A stretch of 64,000 bases of DNA. Source: Terriglobia bacterium (GTDB lineage: Bacteria; Acidobacteriota; Terriglobia; Acidiferrales; UBA7541). Location: positions 800,001 through 864,000 of the forward strand of contig OY968796.1 of NCBI GenBank assembly GCA_963695545.1, given 5' to 3'. This document shows positions 60,781-64,000 of the stretch, in pieces. The notes beneath the pieces are model-generated. The model had not been told where the DNA came from and ran no database searches. It worked only from the letters and a program-made list of their open reading frames with translations. Within the stretch, counting starts at the first letter, position 1; the number at the start of each line of letters is the position of its first letter. Position numbers and translations under genes: made by a program.

Positions 60781-61158
60781 ATGATCGTGGGGCTGGGAGT
60801 GGATTTGGCGGAGGTGGGCCGCGTGCGCGCCGCAATCGAGCGGCGTGGCAAGGCGTTTCTGCACCGCGTGTACACGGAGCGCGAAATCGCGTACTGCGAG
60901 AGGCACCGCAATAAATTCGAGCGCTACGCGGGGCGCTTCGCGGCGAAAGAAGCGGCGATGAAGGCGCTGGGAACAGGATGGTCGCACGGGGTGCGCTGGG
61001 TAGACATTGAAGTGGCGCGCATGGCGAGCGGGAAGCCCACGCTCGCGCTGCACGGCGAGACGCAGGCGATCGCGGAACGATTGGGCGCGAAAAATATCAC
61101 GGTGAGCATTACGCACAGCGGCGATTGGGCGTTTGCGCAAGTGATCTTCGAGAATTGA
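60781..61158 (+). CDS. acpS: Holo-ACP synthase
   Basis: MIVGLGVD, AGRFAAKEA.MKALGTG, GKP, VSITH. Confidence 0.96.
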   Translation: MIVGLGVDLAEVGRVRAAIERRGKAFLHRVYTEREIAYCERHRNKFERYAGRFAAKEAAMKALGTGWSHGVRWVDIEVARMASGKPTLALHGETQAIAERLGAKNITVSITHSGDWAFAQVIFEN

Positions 61159-61196
61159 AACTGCCTTCGCTTTACCCTTCCCCGCAACAGACAAGA

Positions 61197-62651
61197 TCAT
61201 GCGCAGCGCACGGGCACGGGCGCGTCCGCCGAAACACACGGCTCGGCGGCGAGGCCGGAGGGGGTGGCGGCGACGGCGCGCACTTCAATCATGCGATTCG
61301 CGGGCCACACGCCGGGCAATTGCACTTCAATGTTGTTGCTCGAGACGGCGGGCGTGACGCCGGAAGCGGCATCGCGCGGCGATGGGCGCAGCGTTAGCAC
61401 GGACAACGTGGCGCCGACGTGGCGCGCGAGGAATGCGGCCTTCTTCTCGGCGGCCAGTGCGCGCAACTCGCGCGCGCGACGCAGGATTTCGCGCGGCGCG
61501 ACTTGGCCGGGAAGCGCGGCGGCGGGCGTGCCAGGGCGCGGCGAAAATGAAAATACATGGAGATAGGTGAAGGGCTGGGCGCGCACGAAATCAAGCGTGG
61601 CGCGATGATCCTCTTCGGTTTCGTCGGGGAAGCCGGCGATCACGTCGGCGCCGATGGCGGCTTCCGGCAGCCACGCGGAAATCCATTCGAGGCGGCGCGC
61701 GTAATGCTCGGCGCGATACCAGCGGTGCATCGCGGCGAGAATGCGATTGGAGGCGGATTGCAGTGGAACGTGAAAATGGCGGGCGATGCGCGGCGTGGAG
61801 GCGACGAGAGCGACGAGGCCTTCGGTGACGTCCATGGGCTCGATCGAGCTCAAGCGCAGGCGCTCGAGGCGCGTTTCATCGAGAATGAGACGCAAGAGGC
61901 CGAGCAGATCGGCGCGCGGAACGAGATCGCGGCCGTAACTTCCGAGATGAATTCCGCTGAGCACGATTTCTCGATAGCCGCGCGCTACGAGAGCATTCAA
62001 TTCATCGACGACGCGCGCGGGCGAGAGGCTGCGGCTATTTCCGCGAACGTGTGGAATCACGCAGAAGGCGCAGCGATGATTGCAGCCGTCCTGAATCTTG
62101 AGAATGGGGCGGGTGTGCTGCGCTTCTCCGCCTTCGACGGGCGCGACGAGAACGTCGGTGAGCGTAGATACATCGCCGACGAGAATCCGCGCACGGTGCG
62201 GCGCGGGAACTGTGCTGGGGGCGCCACCCGGGAGGGCGAGCGACGCGAGTGGGACGAATGCGGCTCGGCCAGGCGCGAATGGAGCGGGGGACGATTCGCC
62301 GGCGTCGATCGCGGCACCGATTTCCGCGAGGCGCGGGATTTCGGGTTTGTGGGAATTGCCGACGACGAACGCTACGCCTGGCAACGCAGCGAGATCTTCG
62401 GGCGCGCGCTGGGCGTAACAACCGGTAGCGATGATGCGCGCGTCGGGATTCGCGCGATGAATGGCGCGAATCGCGCGGCGCGCCTGGGAATCGGCCGCGG
62501 CGGTGACCGTGCAGGTGTTCACGATCACGACGTCGGCGGCGGCGACGGCAGGGGCGCTATCGAAGCCGCGCGAGCGCAATTGACGCTCAATCGCGGCGGC
62601 ATCGGCCTGCGTGGCGCGACAACCGAATTGTTCGATGAAAAATGTGGCCAT
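61197..62651 (-). CDS. mtaB: tRNA t6A37 methylthiotransferase
   Basis: FGCRATQ, NTCTVT, TGCYAQ, KIQDGCNHRCAFC, LHVFSFSPRPGT. Confidence 0.9.
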   Translation of the reverse strand: MATFFIEQFGCRATQADAAAIERQLRSRGFDSAPAVAAADVVIVNTCTVTAAADSQARRAIRAIHRANPDARIIATGCYAQRAPEDLAALPGVAFVVGNSHKPEIPRLAEIGAAIDAGESSPAPFAPGRAAFVPLASLALPGGAPSTVPAPHRARILVGDVSTLTDVLVAPVEGGEAQHTRPILKIQDGCNHRCAFCVIPHVRGNSRSLSPARVVDELNALVARGYREIVLSGIHLGSYGRDLVPRADLLGLLRLILDETRLERLRLSSIEPMDVTEGLVALVASTPRIARHFHVPLQSASNRILAAMHRWYRAEHYARRLEWISAWLPEAAIGADVIAGFPDETEEDHRATLDFVRAQPFTYLHVFSFSPRPGTPAAALPGQVAPREILRRARELRALAAEKKAAFLARHVGATLSVLTLRPSPRDAASGVTPAVSSNNIEVQLPGVWPANRMIEVRAVAATPSGLAAEPCVSADAPVPVRCA

Positions 62652-62774
62652 AGGGCGCGGCGTGCGGCTGCGCGAAGCCGTTCATTATAGCAACGCGCGC
62701 AGGCCGCGAGGCGGATTCCTATTGCCCGGCGCGCGCGTTCTGCCGCAAGATGCATTCTTCGCAATGCCACAGCT

Positions 62775-63167
62775 ATGCATCTGATCGCCATCGCGTTGGG
62801 AGCGTTTGTCGGCGTCCTGGTGGGATTTTTGGGCGTGGGCGGCGGCGTGGTGCTGGTGCCGGTGATGGTCTACCTGTTGCATTTCGACCAGCACACGGCG
62901 CAGGGAACATCGCTGCTGATGCAGTTGCCGCCGCTGGGGATCGGGGCGCTGCTGGTGTATTGGCGGCGTCGCGAAGTGGACGGGGTCGCGGGCGTGCTGT
63001 GCGCGGTGGGATTTCTGCTGGGCGGATACTTCGGGAGCGCGCTGGCGATCGGCATCGCTTCGCGGCCGCTGCGCGCGTACTTCGCAATCTTCCAGATGAT
63101 CGCCGCCGTGCTGCTGTGGAGACGCAAACCGGCGAAGCCCGTCGCGGGGGCAACCGATGTCGCTTAA
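62775..63167 (+). CDS. TauE/SafE family membrane protein (half-size)
   Basis: GFLGVGGGVVLVP...QHTAQGTSL; four TM helices. Confidence 0.88.
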   Translation: MHLIAIALGAFVGVLVGFLGVGGGVVLVPVMVYLLHFDQHTAQGTSLLMQLPPLGIGALLVYWRRREVDGVAGVLCAVGFLLGGYFGSALAIGIASRPLRAYFAIFQMIAAVLLWRRKPAKPVAGATDVA

Positions 63168-63543
63168 GCAAGCGCTGCGCTGGGGAGCGATGCTCGCGGT
63201 GGCGTGCGGCGTGGGCGTGCTGGGCGGAATGTTTGGCCTGGGCGGAGGCACGATTCTGGTGCCGCTGCTGGTGCTGCTATTTTCCTTCGAGCAGCATCGC
63301 GCGCAGGGCACGACGCTGGTGGCACTGGTGCTGCCGACGGGTTTGCTGGGGTTCCTGAACTACGCGCGCGCGCACGAAGTGGACTGGATTTTCGGGCTGC
63401 TGCTGATGCCGGGCATTTTTGTGGGGAGCTACTACGGGAGCAGGCTCGCGCAGAAGCTGACGCCGCTCCGACTGCGCCGGGTGTTTGCGGCGCTGCTATT
63501 TGCATTGGGAGCCGTGCAATTGATCATCGCGTATTGGAAATAG
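63157..63543 (+). CDS. TauE/SafE family membrane protein (half-size)
   Basis: GMFGLGGGTILVP...QHRAQGTTL; overlaps the previous gene by 11 nt. Confidence 0.88.
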   Translation: MSLKQALRWGAMLAVACGVGVLGGMFGLGGGTILVPLLVLLFSFEQHRAQGTTLVALVLPTGLLGFLNYARAHEVDWIFGLLLMPGIFVGSYYGSRLAQKLTPLRLRRVFAALLFALGAVQLIIAYWK

Positions 63544-63772
63544 CCGCGCTTCTCTCATCCTCTGGCATCGATCGTGCTCTCTTCTAAATGCGCGCTCCGT
63601 GCGGGTTCGCTCGGAATTCGCTTCGGTCACAACAATCGTGAGCGCACGTAACGCATCGTGAAGAAAACGGGCGAGAAGCGGGCGACGCGTACACCGGAGT
63701 TCGAGCGCGCGGCGGAGAGCGCGATTCTAGATTGGGACAAAAATTCAAAATGGCACTGATGGTGGTGTGCAC

Positions 63773-64000
63773 ATGAACGCCGATGGGACACTGACACGCT
63801 CGGTTAATTTCATGTGGCGCGCCGCGCTGACGGCGGCGCTGGCGTGTGCCGCGTGGGGCGCGGCGCGTATCGGCATTGGTGCGTGGTACGCGCGGCGCGG
63901 CAGCGAGCAAGACCTTGCGCGCGCCATGAAGTGGGCGCCCGAAAATGCCGAGAACGACGCGGCCCTGGCACAGCTCGATGAACTTGCCGGTGGCGCCGAC
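63773..64000 (+). CDS. Membrane-anchored protein, probably TPR-containing (3' end runs off the window)
   Basis: My translation MNADGTLTRSVNFMWRAALTAALACAAWGAARIG...LARAMKWAPENA; open to the window end. Confidence 0.55.
   Translation, partial: MNADGTLTRSVNFMWRAALTAALACAAWGAARIGIGAWYARRGSEQDLARAMKWAPENAENDAALAQLDELAGGAD

Overview
High-GC (~60-65% by eye) bacterial chromosomal segment; gene content and order point to Acidobacteriota (inferred, not searched). It carries a minus-strand housekeeping block (purH, TPR protein, ispE, prs, rplY, pth, rpsF, rpsR, rplI, dnaB, alr, PIN/TRAM, ispD), a futalosine menaquinone operon (ubiX-mqnP-mqnE), several glycosyltransferases and peptidases, efp, purB, rlmN, pgeF, acpS and mtaB, with accessory genes mostly at 0.7-6.9 kb, 21.5-23.5 kb and 31-47 kb. 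I found no rRNA, tRNA, CRISPR array, transposase or integrase. The strongest unexplained signal is a dispersed AT-rich intergenic element present three times in the same orientation (~1385-1650, ~30754-31066, ~56972-57271). Each copy has four IHF-like TGAAA boxes whose spacings differ between copies only by about one helical turn, an internal inverted repeat, and its own near-consensus sigma70 promoter firing back through the element. Other leads: a switch-like leader upstream of purH, two genes that appear to need ATC start codons, a palindrome nested in a REP, LexA-like and DnaA-like boxes at dnaB, and an Asn-tip EF-P.
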